A stretch of 63,235 nt of DNA, counting the filler, from Octopus bimaculoides (taxonomy: Eukaryota), in NCBI RefSeq assembly GCF_001194135.2. It is 10 parts of 9 records of this genome, joined end to end, with 100 filler letters (N's around TTAATTAATTAA, not from the genome) between each part and the next. Parts side by side here need not be neighbours in the genome. Positions count along the whole stretch, not along the records: positions 1 to 14,120 come from NC_068984.1; 9 more parts are not named here. One strand, written 5' to 3'. Of this stretch, positions 1-12,116 are shown piece by piece (within the stretch, counting starts at the first letter, position 1; each line of letters opens with the position of its first letter). The position numbers and the translations under genes were made by a program. A model generated the notes under the pieces. It searched no databases. It was not told the origin of the DNA and was given only the letters and a program-made list of their open reading frames with translations.

Positions 1-574
1 ATATATATATATATATGTATGTATACATATATATATATTTATATATATATATATGTATATATATATGTGTGTATTTATATGTAAACCTGTATACAAATAC
101 ACGCACACACGCAAACACATACACATACACACAAACGTGCACACGCACGTATAATTATCCTTCTATATAGTACGTATCATGGTTGACCTTTCTCTAATAA
201 AAGTGATTTCTCTCCATGTTTTTTTTTTAAATTCTTTTTGTGTTTTTTTGTTTTTGTTTTTTTCCTCTCTCATAAAACGAATTTCTTTTTTATCCATATG
301 TTGTTAATAAATAACAGTAGAGAATAATCCTAGACTGTAATGAAATACAGAAAATATTATGGGATTTTTCTCTGAACATTGTGTTAAAGTAGAAGAAAAA
401 TATTTGGACCTGTATTGATGATGTGAATATGATTCAATAAAGTTATTCATTGACTAGCATGATTGACTTAATGTCTAGAACTTTATTTTATGGTTTGCAG
501 CTACATATAACATATATTCTAGATTATGTAAGTATATGAGTGTGCATGTATGTATGTATATATGCATACGTGTA

Positions 575-624
<50 letters not shown>

Positions 625-1262
625 NNNNNNNNNNNNNNNNNNNNNNNNNNNNNNNNNNNNNNNNNNNNNNNNNNNNNNNNNNNNNNNNNNNNNNNNNNNN
701 NNNNNNNNNNNNNNNNNNNNNNNNNNNNNNNNNNNNNNNNNNNNNNNNNNNNNNNNNNNNNNNNNNNNNNNNNNNNNNNNNNNNNNNNNNNNNNNNNNNN
801 NNNNNNNNNNNNNNNNNNNNNNNNNNNNNNNNNNNNNNNNNNNNNNNNNNNNNNNNNNNNNNNNNNNNNNNNNNNNNNNNNNNNNNNNNNNNNNNNNNNN
901 NNNNNNNNNNNNNNNNNNNNNNNNNNNNNNNNNNNNNNNNNNNNNNNNNNNNNNNNNNNNNNNNNNNNNNNNNNNNNNNNNNNNNNNNNNNNNNNNNNNN
1001 NNNNNNNNNNNNNNNNNNNNNNNNNNNNNNNNNNNNNNNNNNNNNNNNNNNNNNNNNNNNNNNNNNNNNNNNNNNNNNNNNNNNNNNNNNNNNNNNNNNN
1101 NNNNNNNNNNNNNNNNNNNNNNNNNNNNNNNNNNNNNNNNNNNNNNNNNNNNNNNNNNNNNNNNNNNNNNNNNNNNNNNNNNNNNNNNNNNNNNNNNNNN
1201 NNNNNNNNNNNNNNNNNNNNNNNNNNNNNNNNNNNNNNNNNNNNNNNNNNNNNNNNNNNNNN

Positions 1263-1305
<43 letters not shown>

Positions 1306-2107
1306 CCATATATATAAAGATAGATAGATTGATAAATACATACATACATACACGTTTATATATGGGAATATTTGTACGCTTCCGTCTGAACATAAAAATA
1401 CGCGCAAAATATATTCGTATTCATTGATTTCTGACATATTTATAGAACATGTTATGCCTTAATATAAGCCTGCAAACTGAGACTATATAATATAAAATAA
1501 TACATCGTGTCTAAGAAGTATGCGTGTGCGTGTTGTTTTTCTTTTGTGTATGTGCAAACATGTCTATGTCCGTGGGAGAGAGAAAATGAGAGGTATATTA
1601 AAGCACACACCATACCCCATAGATATTCACACACATATAATGTGATATCACCCGGTTATATAAACATTCCATGATATGTGCAGTGTTTCTGTTTTTGTAC
1701 TATAGAAGGCGCAAAATATAATCCTAGTAAAAGTTTTTAGTGTTTCTTATAATTGAGACAGTGCATGGTTGACGTCAAGTGTGTAAACTGCTTATGGTGC
1801 GAAAATATAGGAAAGAATGAAAGGTGAGCCATGAGGTGCACCAGATTTGATAGAAAGTGAGTGAAAGTGAGGAAGAGCTCTATCAGTACACTCTACATTA
1901 GTGCAATCTGATAGGGATTCATTGATGCAAAAGACGAGGGCGGTATTATCATTACTATAGTTAGGTGTTTAGCAAGTTTAGCTTCGAGCTATTTGGAATC
2001 ATCCTTCGTGATTAATGGTATGGCAGAATGTACTGTAAACTTCTTGACATCTGGAAGAACAATCAAGTTCTATTTCGTTCTTGTAATTTTCCAGGTAGGA
2101 TTTACTT

Positions 2108-2487
2108 GAAGTAGTTGTATGTTGTCAACTTAACGTGACAGTCCTCTGAAGGGAATAATACTACTGTTGGTTAGACCTAGGAAGTTGCACCGCTTCCTGT
2201 CGGCCTTGACACATTTCCTGTGTCTTTATGTTTATAAGGGGGAGACAAGCACCTCCAACCAGCTAAGCCTGCACCCAGAGACATCCAGAGATGACCAAAG
2301 ACTCAGAATCATGTCTCTGGATGCAGGCTTAGCTGGGTGGAGGTGCTTGTCTCCCCCTTGTAAACATAAGGACACAGGAAATTTGTCAAGGCCGACAGGA
2401 AGCGGTGCAGCTTCCTAGGTCTAACCAACAGTAGTATTATTCCCTTCAGGGGACTGTCACATTAAGTTGACAGCATACAACTACTTC
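2108..2487. repeat. Long near-perfect inverted repeat (foldback/MITE-like hairpin), 177-bp arms, 26-bp spacer
   Basis: 2108-2284 (gaagtagttgtatg...cagagacat) is the reverse complement of 2311-2487 (atgtctctgg...catacaactacttc), with about 9 substitutions counted by eye and no indels. No TSD found. Confidence 0.95.
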
Positions 2488-4073
2488 CTCATATCACTAC
2501 TGCATAAATCTCTCTGAGAGATTTAGAAATGTATTATTTCTAGGATTTACTTTCCATAGAGAGTTTTGATATTATCTGTGGTCAAAAATCAGGATTCTTA
2601 ATCCTAATTAGCAACAATTTATATTTACCAGAACTTGTTTAATAAGGAAAAGAAAGCCATAGTAATTTATAGTTGGCGATATATATTGTTAGTATAAAAC
2701 CTATACTTACACACCACCACTCCGAATACATCTTGTGATGGTGACCATAGGTTTCGTACTGTTGACGCTCTTTACGTTATTGTTGTTGTTATATTCGGTT
2801 GTTTTCGCTCTTATTGTTGAAAAAGTTGCTGTTATTTACCGATGATTGTTAATCAGTTCCTCATTGTTTTTTTTTCCATTTCAATTAAAGATGGACACTT
2901 TAGTTGTAAACCTCTACTGTAGCCGCTACGTACGAGGAATTATCGTTTACCAAAAAAGGCAAACGACAATTAAAGTTTAAATATATCCCTCCAGAAGTGA
3001 TATATTTCACACACACACATACATGCACGCACGCACGCACACGCAAGCACACACAAATACACACACACACACACACACACNNNNNNNNNNNNNNNNNNNN
3101 NNNNNNNNNNNNNNNNNNNNNNNNNNNNNNNNNNNNNNNNNNNNNNNNNNNNNNNNNNNNNNNNNNNNNNNNNNNNNNNNNNNNNNNNNNNNNNNNNNNN
3201 NNNNNNNNNNNNNNNNNNNNNNNNNNNNNNNNNNNNNNNNNNNNNNNNNNNNNNNNNNNNNNNNNNNNNNNNNNNNNNNNNNNNNNNNNNNNNNNNNNNN
3301 NNNNNNNNNNNNNNNNNNNNNNNNNNNNNNNNNNNNNNNNNNNNNNNNNNNNNNNNNNNNNNNNNNNNNNNNNNNNNNNNNNNNNNNNNNNNNNNNNNNN
3401 NNNNNNNNNNNNNNNNNNNNNNNNNNNNNNNNNNNNNNNNNNNNNNNNNNNNNNNNNGTGGTGGTGGTGGTGGTGTATGAAATATAATCGATAGAATGAT
3501 ATTGTGAATCAGAATATAAATGTGGTTAACAACGAATAAAAATGTCTTTCTGAAGACAAATAAAAATTTATAAAATAATATATATCATAGAAAAAGATAA
3601 TCATGAACAATAATAAATTAATTGAAAATGATGATCGTTAATGCTGTGCCTCGGAATAAACGGGGGCTAAATGCTTTAAGAAAATGGAAACAGAATTTGA
3701 AAATCGGAAACTTGGCTTATATTTATGATTGTCATGTTGTAGTTATATATGCCTATAAACAGTGGAAATAGTTGCAGACAATGAAATACCATAATTAATT
3801 TCGCTAAATTGTTTAACACTATCCATATTGCTGCTGCAAATGCTGCTGCTTCTGTGATAAATAACTAATCATAATTCTTCACAAAGATATTGTGATTTAT
3901 TTTGACAAGGCACAAGGTTCATTTCATAAAGGATGAGTTTATAATTGTTTTCTCTGGATACAATTATATGTAGGGGAAGTTATATAATCGCATTGTTAAT
4001 AGAAGATGAAAAAAAAATTGACGTCAAATCAAGCAAATTTCGAAACGGTGATAATAATTAATATAATTATTAT

Positions 4074-4200
4074 GAGCTGGCAGGATCGTTAGAGCGATTG
4101 AAGAAATGCTTTACAGTATTTGATCTTTATATTCTGAGCTCAAATCTTGTCGAAGTCAACTTTGTCTTCTGCCCTAAAAGGGTTCGATATAATAAAGGAC
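4074..4200 (+). mobile_element. Degenerate SINE family A copy
   Basis: gagctggcaggatcgttag...attctgagctcaaatct...gtcaactttgtctt matches the better-preserved copies at 5281 and 22903. Confidence 0.5.
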
Positions 4201-4290
4201 AATTTTATAATAGTTTTGACTTGATAGAATTATATATGTAATATTGTGCCACTGCAGGATAAAAAGAAAACAAAAATGATGATGAGTCGA

Positions 4291-4450
4291 AGGCAGGCGG
4301 TCGTCTGCGTGTCGTTAGAACGTTGGTAAATTGATTGTTAGCATTCTTCTGACTCTTTACGTGCTGAGTTCAAATGCTACCGAAGCCAACTTTGTCTTTC
4401 ACTTTTTAGTCAAGTACTGGGATCGATAGTATCGACTAGTAGTATCCCTA
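4291..4450 (+). mobile_element. Degenerate SINE family A copy
   Basis: B-box-like ctgagttcaaatgc, then caactttgtctttcac and aagtactgggatcgat; ends in an ATT tract. Confidence 0.45.
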
Positions 4451-4458
4451 TTATTATT

Positions 4459-4692
4459 GTTTTACTTCTCAGAACATTTGGTCTTGTTTGTTCTGGTAGA
4501 TTCTGTGAGAGCGGACAGCAGTCTGCTGTCAGAGGTCTCAGCGGGTCTCATTCCGCCCATTATAAGCTTTGATTCTTGGTTGTTAATTATTGTGAGAGAC
4601 ACTCAACATCCAAGTACCAATCTCGAAATCCTAGCTATCCCCAGCAGAGTAGAGTTTTGGGTTTGCTCTGCTCTCATGTCAATTCCGATTTT
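4459..4692 (-). mobile_element. 5'-truncated 3' end of an R4/Dong-like (RLE) non-LTR retrotransposon
   Basis: Minus strand reads KIGIDMRAEQTQNSTLLGIARISRLVLGC* (stop at 4603-4605), resembling the LQKxxLLGTARILRxVL C-terminus of RLE elements. TAA repeats lie on both sides. Confidence 0.7.
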
Positions 4693-4702
4693 ATTATTAT
4701 TA

Positions 4703-4885
4703 CTGCTTAGCAGTATTTCGTCTGCCGCTACGTTCTGAGTTCAAATTCCGCCGCGGCCGACTTTGCCTTTCACTTTTTCTGGGTCGATATATTAAGTAGC
4801 AGTTGAACACTGTAGTCGATGTAAATGACTCCTCTTCCAAAATGTTTACCCTTGTGGAAAAAATTTGTAGTCATTATTATTATTG
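4703..4885 (+). mobile_element. 5'-truncated SINE family A copy
   Basis: gcttagcagtatttcgtctgccgctacgttctgagttcaaattccgcc...gggtcgat...ttaagtagcag, ending in (ATT)n. Confidence 0.78.
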
Positions 4886-4890
4886 TTATT

Positions 4891-5250
4891 TTCTTTGCAC
4901 AACTTCTAACGCTGGAGATGTACTAAGGTGTCAGCTGTGCACTATCAGTGAACTAATGTAACACCTCTTATTTTTCGAGCACCTTTCGGAGTATTCGAGC
5001 GGTTCAAGCAGTACTGTTTTCTGCAAGTGCTCCAACCTTATTGCAGCCTCTATTTGTTCCATGTACTTCTCAAGATTCTTATTCACTGTTCCCAGGGCTC
5101 CGACAATTATTGGTACTACTGCCATCTTTTTCATCGACCACAACTGCTTAACCTCCCAAGCTAACCTTTCATATCTGTCGACTTTTCTTTCTTCCTTATC
5201 GCATACCTTGTCAGCTAGGCATGTTATATCTATGATCCAGCATAGTTTGC
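4891..5250 (-). mobile_element. R4/Dong-like RLE endonuclease C-terminal fragment (pseudogenised)
   Basis: Minus strand reads KLCWIIDITCLADKVCDKEERKVDRYERLAWEVKQLWSMKKMAVVPIIVGALGTVNKNLEKYMEQI...LQKTVLL, then TARILRKVL after a frameshift: the PD-(D/E)xK RLE tail. The 3' end abuts (TAA)n. Confidence 0.9.
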
Positions 5251-5280
5251 TTTCTTTCTTTCTTTTCTTTCTTTCTTTTC

Positions 5281-5497
5281 AAAGTGGCGAGCTGGCAGAC
5301 TCGTTAGCATGCTGGACGAAATGCTTAGCTGCTTTTAGCCCATCGCTACGTTCTGAGATCAAATTCCGCCAAAGTCGACAATGCCTTTCATCCTTTTGGG
5401 CTCGATAAATTAAGTATCAGTGAAACACTGAAGTCGATGTGATCGACTGCCCCCTCCCTACAAAGTCCAGGCCTTGTGCCTATAGTAGTATTATTAT
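5281..5497 (+). mobile_element. Full-length SINE family A (tRNA-like head, Deu/Nin-domain-like core)
   Basis: A-box-like tggcagactcgtt and B-box-like gagatcaaattcc; core gcctttcatccttttgggctcgataaattaagtatcag; 3' ccttgtgcctatagtag plus ATT tail. Confidence 0.85.
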
Positions 5498-6762
5498 ACT
5501 TCTTACGCATTGTATCAATATTTTTGGAAGAGCAAGACTTCAACAATATTCCATTTCTAAAATTCTTTATTAAATCCGAGAGCATATCTATTTATTCCAG
5601 AGATAATATGAATGTATATTAAGCAGCAAAAAGAAAACCGCACTGTCAACAAATAACACAGAAACCAAAAACCAAAATTAACAAAAACGAAAAAATGCGT
5701 GGCATTTCAATTATTTTGAGCTGCCTTCGTATTTATTTTTAGATCAATCTGTAATAAATTGTTCCTGTTTATTCTATGCCAGCTCTATCGCCCTAACATG
5801 GGCGTACGCTGTGGTCGAATTGCAGCCTGCCAACACCAACACTCGGCTATCTTCATGGCAATAAATCACGCGGATGTTTATTTTTTCAGTGCAATATCTC
5901 CCCCAAATATGTGCTTTTTTGGCGTTTATTAATATAAAGTGCGTGCATGTGTGTGTGTGGGGGGGGCGTCTTTGCGTGTGTGTGAGGGGCGTCTGTGTGT
6001 GTGTGTGTGTGTGCCTGGGTCTGCGTGTATACGCACATGCACACACTTACTCACACATATGCGCGTATGCATGTATATGTATGTGTGTATATATGTATAT
6101 GAATGTATCTGTGTACGGATATCAGTACGAATATTTTACACACTAGCAAAGCTTACTAACCGTATATATAATTGCTAACTCGATCATGTTTCTAAATATA
6201 CTCGGACTTTGCAATGTCTGCGTAGTCTAAAATATATGACAATTATCTCGAATAGTCAACATCTGATGTTAACGCCTTTTTTTTTTTTTCATCACAAGAA
6301 TATTTTTTATGGCTAGGCATTGGTCTTGCTGCCCAATGCCCATCATTTGTCGGCTTTCACTCTGGGTTACATCCATAATACTAAAGTAACACCAACTTGT
6401 CTCTAATCACAATATAATAGAGCTGACATGTATGGGCCAAAGGAATCCGCAGGCATACAGCCTACGAGAAGCATCTAAAATCTATCCAATTTGAACTTCC
6501 ATAAAGCAGACGGGAAATTGATCATCAAACAGGAAAGGCCTCGATGTCCCTGAAACTCTAAGAATTTATGTCCGTCATGCAAACAATATCCTGCAAGTTG
6601 GTTTCTTTACGGAAACCCGATGTGGATAAGTGAAGCACTTCAAAAGTGTTTTCCTTTACAGAACTTACAAGCCAGTAAACCTGTAGTGTTCTTTAACACT
6701 ACAGACGTAAAGCAGGAAGCAGTAGCATCGACATCAAAGAATATGTAATACTGGCCATAGAT

Positions 6763-7155
6763 ATTGTTGTTGTTGTTGGCACTCCGTCGCTTACGACGTC
6801 GAGGGTTCCAGTTGATCCGATCAACGGAACAGCCTGCTCGTGAAATTAACGCGCAAGTGGCTGAGCACTCCACATACACGTGTTCTCTTAACGTAGTTCT
6901 CGGGGATATTCAGCGTGACACAGTGTGACAAGGCTGACCCTTTGAATTACAGGCACAACATAAACAGGAAATAAGTGTGAGAGAAAGTTGTGGTGGAAGA
7001 GTACAGCAGTGTCCGCCACCATCCCCTGCCGGAGCCTCGTGAAGATTTAGGTGTTTTCGCTCAATAAACACTCACAACGCCCGGTCTGGGAATCGAAACC
7101 GCGGCCCTATGACCGCGAATCCGCTGCCCTAACCACTGGGCCATTGCGCCTCCAC
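6763..7155 (-). mobile_element. Intact tRNA-derived SINE family C with 13-bp TSD
   Basis: 5' gtggaggcgcaatggcccagtggttagggcagcgg...ggtttcgattcccag (A and B boxes), (CAA)n tail, exact direct repeat actggccatagat at 6750-6762 and 7154-7166. Confidence 0.93.
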
Positions 7156-7717
7156 TGGCCATAGATGAGGAAGATGAAAACCCAGCTCCTGGAAATCCTT
7201 CCCAAATCATGCAAACAATGACTTGCAAAACCATTGCAACTTCTTTTTCTGAGTTGCCTTGGAAGTGGTAAGCTCCCAGGCAAATCGAAGTTCGATGTTA
7301 ATGTTACATATCTTCAGGTCAATTTTGATCAAAAGAACTCAAAATCGAAATGATCTACCATTTTTAAGACACTATATCCAAAGATCCTTTCCTTTATAAA
7401 AAAAAAAGTATGAAATAGTTTGAAGGGAAGACTTGCCTGGTATTTTAGCAGATGGAGCAACAATGTTGAATGCAATGCTTAGTCTTGATATCAAATGGTT
7501 AAACAGGTTGCTGCTTTGTACATCATTATTTTAAATTCAGATACTTTAAGCAGTCTTAAAATGCTTTTGTATGTATCAAAACAGTATTTTACATTAACAA
7601 TGAAACACAACAGTTTTTAAATATACACTTCTTTAAACAGAAGCCTCGAAACTAGTCATGAAATTAAGTAAACGAAATGCGTGCGCCTGTGTGTGTGTTT
7701 GTTTTTTAGTGCATGCT

Positions 7718-7759
<42 letters not shown>

Positions 7760-8264
7760 NNNNNNNNNNNNNNNNNNNNNNNNNNNNNNNNNNNNNNNNN
7801 NNNNNNNNNNNNNNNNNNNNNNNNNNNNNNNNNNNNNNNNNNNNNNNNNNNNNNNNNNNNNNNNNNNNNNNNNNNNNNNNNNNNNNNNNNNNNNNNNNNN
7901 NNNNNNNNNNNNNNNNNNNNNNNNNNNNNNNNNNNNNNNNNNNNNNNNNNNNNNNNNNNNNNNNNNNNNNNNNNNNNNNNNNNNNNNNNNNNNNNNNNNN
8001 NNNNNNNNNNNNNNNNNNNNNNNNNNNNNNNNNNNNNNNNNNNNNNNNNNNNNNNNNNNNNNNNNNNNNNNNNNNNNNNNNNNNNNNNNNNNNNNNNNNN
8101 NNNNNNNNNNNNNNNNNNNNNNNNNNNNNNNNNNNNNNNNNNNNNNNNNNNNNNNNNNNNNNNNNNNNNNNNNNNNNNNNNNNNNNNNNNNNNNNNNNNN
8201 NNNNNNNNNNNNNNNNNNNNNNNNNNNNNNNNNNNNNNNNNNNNNNNNNNNNNNNNNNNNNNNN

Positions 8265-8333
<69 letters not shown>

Positions 8334-9136
8334 ATATATATATATATATATACATACACACATATATATATACGTGTGTGTGTTATACATGTACTTATGT
8401 ATGCATGTATGTGAACATGTACGTATGTATGTTTTTAATTAACACAAAAATGGAGGAAAGAGAGTAAGCAATTGCAGCAGGATTCTGACAGCTCCACGTC
8501 TAATTATATTATCATTGCATATTCTTGTATTCTCTCCGTTACAACCAGAACAATGTTGCATATAACCCCATCTGCATTACTTGCAGATGTGGAGTCTAAC
8601 CGGAATGTGGCATAAATACCTAGGAAAGTATTTCAAAGACCTGTAATTGTATAATAGTGAACCGCAAATAATATATATTACCCAAAACATAAATGTGTAA
8701 TGCATAAAATAAATAACACAAATATGTGAATACATAAAAATACCAGACTCTGAAACGTTTCTAATTTTTGCGTGAAGGGTGGCTTTCAAAACAGAAAGAA
8801 AAATTAAACAAAAACTAATTAACTTTGTTATTGTTTCTAGTAAATATTTCTTTGTTATTTAACACTTTAATGTCATTGGGGTACGCCCCATAATTCATTT
8901 GGCAGTCTATGATACTATTCTGTAAAATCCCAGAAGTATATAAGTCGCTTTATGATATAGCTTTTGTCTATAAAAAGTTGATTATGTCAGATCTGAATAT
9001 CGTATTTAAGAACACAGCGTAACACCTGCATTGGAATATGAACTACACACCATTCATCAAAATGCGGTTTCAGGTAGGTGGCAGATAGACGTACGTAAAA
9101 GAAATTCTTAATGAATGAAAACTTATCTCTTAGTTA

Positions 9137-9530
9137 TTCTTTTATTCTATTACCCGTTTCAGTCATTTGATTGCGACCATGCCTGGGAACTGTAGTGAAG
9201 GACAAAGGAGTCTCAGTATTTAATTTAAACATGTACTTATTCTATCGGTCTCTTCTTAGCAAGCTGCTAATGTTATGGGGACGTGAACAAACCAACAATG
9301 TTTGTCAAGCGGCGTAAAACGAACATACAGATGCATACACACGTGCATATATATATATATATATACATACGACGAGCTTCCTTACAGTTTTTGTCAAAAA
9401 ATACACTCACAAAGCATTGGCTGGCTTGAGATTATTGTAGAAGCATTTATCCAACGTGGTACGCTCTGGGATTGAACCCGAAACTACGTGGTTGAAAAGC
9501 AGTCTTCTTTACCGCACAGACGTACCGGCG
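9137..9530 (-). mobile_element. Full-length diverged SINE family B
   Basis: Reverse complement of the 24652-25105 layout: head (ctgtgcggtaaag...cgggttcaatcccag), internal (TA)n, then gagaccgatagaataagtac and gactgaaac...aaaagaat. Confidence 0.75.
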
Positions 9531-9839
9531 CTTTGGAGAACGAAGGTAAAGTTTTGGCGGTATTAACGACCCTCATAGAAAACGGGAGTACTTTCATGAA
9601 GTGCTCTGCAGTATTTTCCTCATTTACAATGCATCTTTACAGCAGTATATTAATCGAGTAGTAGTGTTTAGAGAACTTCCTATGTCTGGGAAGAACATTA
9701 TAACTGAACAAAACGGAGGAAATCTAAAAAAAGAAAAAAAATCACCGCTTTTGTCTGTCTTTCTAACTTCTCATAAATCGTACCTAACCGCCGAATGTCT
9801 TTTCAGATAATCATTGCATATTCTCACCAACCTCATCAA

Positions 9840-11106
9840 ATTGTAGTCATTTGAAGATGTTTTGTCACTTATACATGAAACTTCAGAGAAATCTATGAAT
9901 GTTTGGTTGTGTTCAAGACAGTAATCACTCTTAGTCAATCGTAACTCACGTACGCTGATTGAGCCACTGAATAACTATGTAAGAATTTATGACTAAGGAT
10001 TTTTACCTTACTTTTTGTACAAACCAAATTGCGGAAAGGTCATTCGTAGAGATATCCAAAGTAAATGTTAACAATTATCTTGTGAAAAAAATATCTTTTT
10101 TATGAGGGCTTGTAATGCTTTAAATGAGAACCATGATTATGCTGTCGCAATTTATCAAAAAAGTACCTTTAGTACGGCCTTCTTGTATTTTATCAACTGC
10201 TCAACTCTCTTACAATTTAAAGAACTGATCTCCTATGGATAATATCTAAGTTGTTGTAAACTTAGGAATCTGACTGGAATTAGAGTCTGTACATTCAAAC
10301 TGGTTCTTTATTTGGTAGCGTTCTTTTAATTATTTATTTATTTATTTGTCTTGCTAGGAGAAAGGAACTGCATCCATAGCATTTACAGGTCCTTCAAGGT
10401 TGATGTGATTGGTGTGACTATTGTTCTCCTCGAACAATTGCAAGTTGACCACTGCAGAAAAAGCCTGGTTAGAGAAGTGTTCCACAGAGCTGGAATATAT
10501 GAGAGAAATGATTTGAAATCGTAAGTAGTACAAGACGTAGTACGACAGAAGCAATATAGAAGATAAACGAAGAAAAGGAAATGAATGAGTTCGGCCTGGT
10601 TTGAGATGGCACAGGATCAGACAAGTCTGACGACGATGATTTAGTATAAGGAGACAGCTGCTTCATTTCTGAGTCAGAGAGCGGAGTGTGTTTGTGAATG
10701 ATTCCGCTCCCATCAGTCGTTTATCTTTTTGGGTGATGCTCGAACGTGTAGCAAGTGTGGAAGACAACTCTGTTCTGGGTCTCCCTTCATATTCACAAAA
10801 AATAACAACTATTGAGAACTGAAACATTTTCTGGTTCAAAAGAGGAAGAAAAAACCATTGCATTATAGCTTTAGAAATGTTGTAGATGTGAGGTCTTCAG
10901 GAGAGATTATCGGTCAAAGAGAAGCATACCATTTGAAGAGGCTTTGAAGGTTTAGTTACGTCTTGACCGTGATGATGAGAGCAGGAACAAGATTGTTTCA
11001 CTGATAAATTTGCATTCTTTACATAGATGTGGAATTGTAAACTCTTAAACTGGTTCCTACTCCTATCTGAACTTAGGATTTCTGTTGCAGTATTCCTTAA
11101 GCACTA
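9840..11106 (-). pseudogene. Probable old LINE ORF2 remnant (RT N-terminal region), family unassigned
   Basis: One minus frame is open over 10354-11103 apart from two TGA. It has weak RT-like segments (HLKPGRT; SLIYSSSVE; GPVNAM), and downstream frames give LDISTNDLSAIW and IQWLNQRT, like LDxSKAFDxVW and IxSWLxNR. Confidence 0.35.
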
Positions 11107-12084
11107 ATCCCATATTTTACTGATCCTAGAAAATGAAATCTGTCCAGCGTACTTTGCCAATAAGTATATATTTCGAACGGAATAATGATGATCCAATACT
11201 TTCTAAAACTTCAACAAATCCATTAATCGAAAAAGTGAGTTAGTGTTTCCATACACAGAAGACAAATTGCTAGATTTCTCTGAAACACCCTTTAGCAAAA
11301 TCGTGAGAGGATCGACAAAATACCTTGTGAGGTTAAGTTTCATTCATTAACATTATGGGTTCGAATTTCGCCAAGAGCGAAATTGGGTGTATATTGGAAA
11401 TCAATATAAGAGAACATCGAACAATATTATACACAAAAAGTAAGAAATATTTTAAATGAGATATTAAACCACAAAAATCAAACATGTCTGGTTGTATTCT
11501 TAACGACTAGGAAAAAGTAACTGTATGGTTAACTCAACGTAGTTAACCGTATCACCAACTAACGTTATCAAATTATAACTTGTAATAGTTAGTCACTCAC
11601 TTTCTTAAAAAGATGTAACTGTAATTTTAAGATGAAACTGAGCAATATTCATATAATATAAATTAAGTTTCAAAATTTTTTTAAATGCAGCTGATATATT
11701 ATATAATAACAATTTTGTTATACAGTTAGGAAATTATGGTGGAGGTAAAGTTCCTTATATTTCGGAATATCTTTGATAAACAGTTATGTAAAAAGATCGA
11801 TGGTTATTATATATATATATGTATATGTGTANNNNNNNNNNNNNNNNNNNNNNNNNNNNNNNNNNNNNNNNNNNNNNNNNNNNNNNNNNNNNNNNNNNNN
11901 NNNNNNNNNNNNNNNNNNNNNNNNNNNNNNNNNNNNNNNNNNNNNNNNNNNNNNNNNNNNNNNNNNNNNNNNNNNNNNNNNNNNNNNNNNNNNNNNNNNN
12001 NNNNNNNNNNNNNNNNNNNNNNNNNNNNNNNNNNNNNNNNNNNNNNNNNNNNNNNNNNNNNNNNNNNNNNNNNNNNNNNNNNNN

Positions 12085-12116
<32 letters not shown>

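Noticed and set aside
2108-2487. A-to-I editing signature fixed in the palindrome (5 T:G versus 2 C:A transitions)
   Set aside because: A 5:2 split among seven transitions is not distinguishable from chance.
7085-7155. tRNA gene at the SINE-C head (likewise A and B heads and 41639-41712)
   Set aside because: A and B boxes are present, but there is no complete cloverleaf and each continues into a repeat body.
6650-7275. Possible exon interrupted by SINE-C (acceptor near 6661, donor near 7267)
   Set aside because: After removing the SINE, all three frames from that acceptor hit stops.
10354-11103. Selenoprotein or mitochondrial-code reading of the two TGA codons
   Set aside because: No SECIS identified, no similarity to mitochondrial proteins, and two of two stops being TGA is unremarkable.
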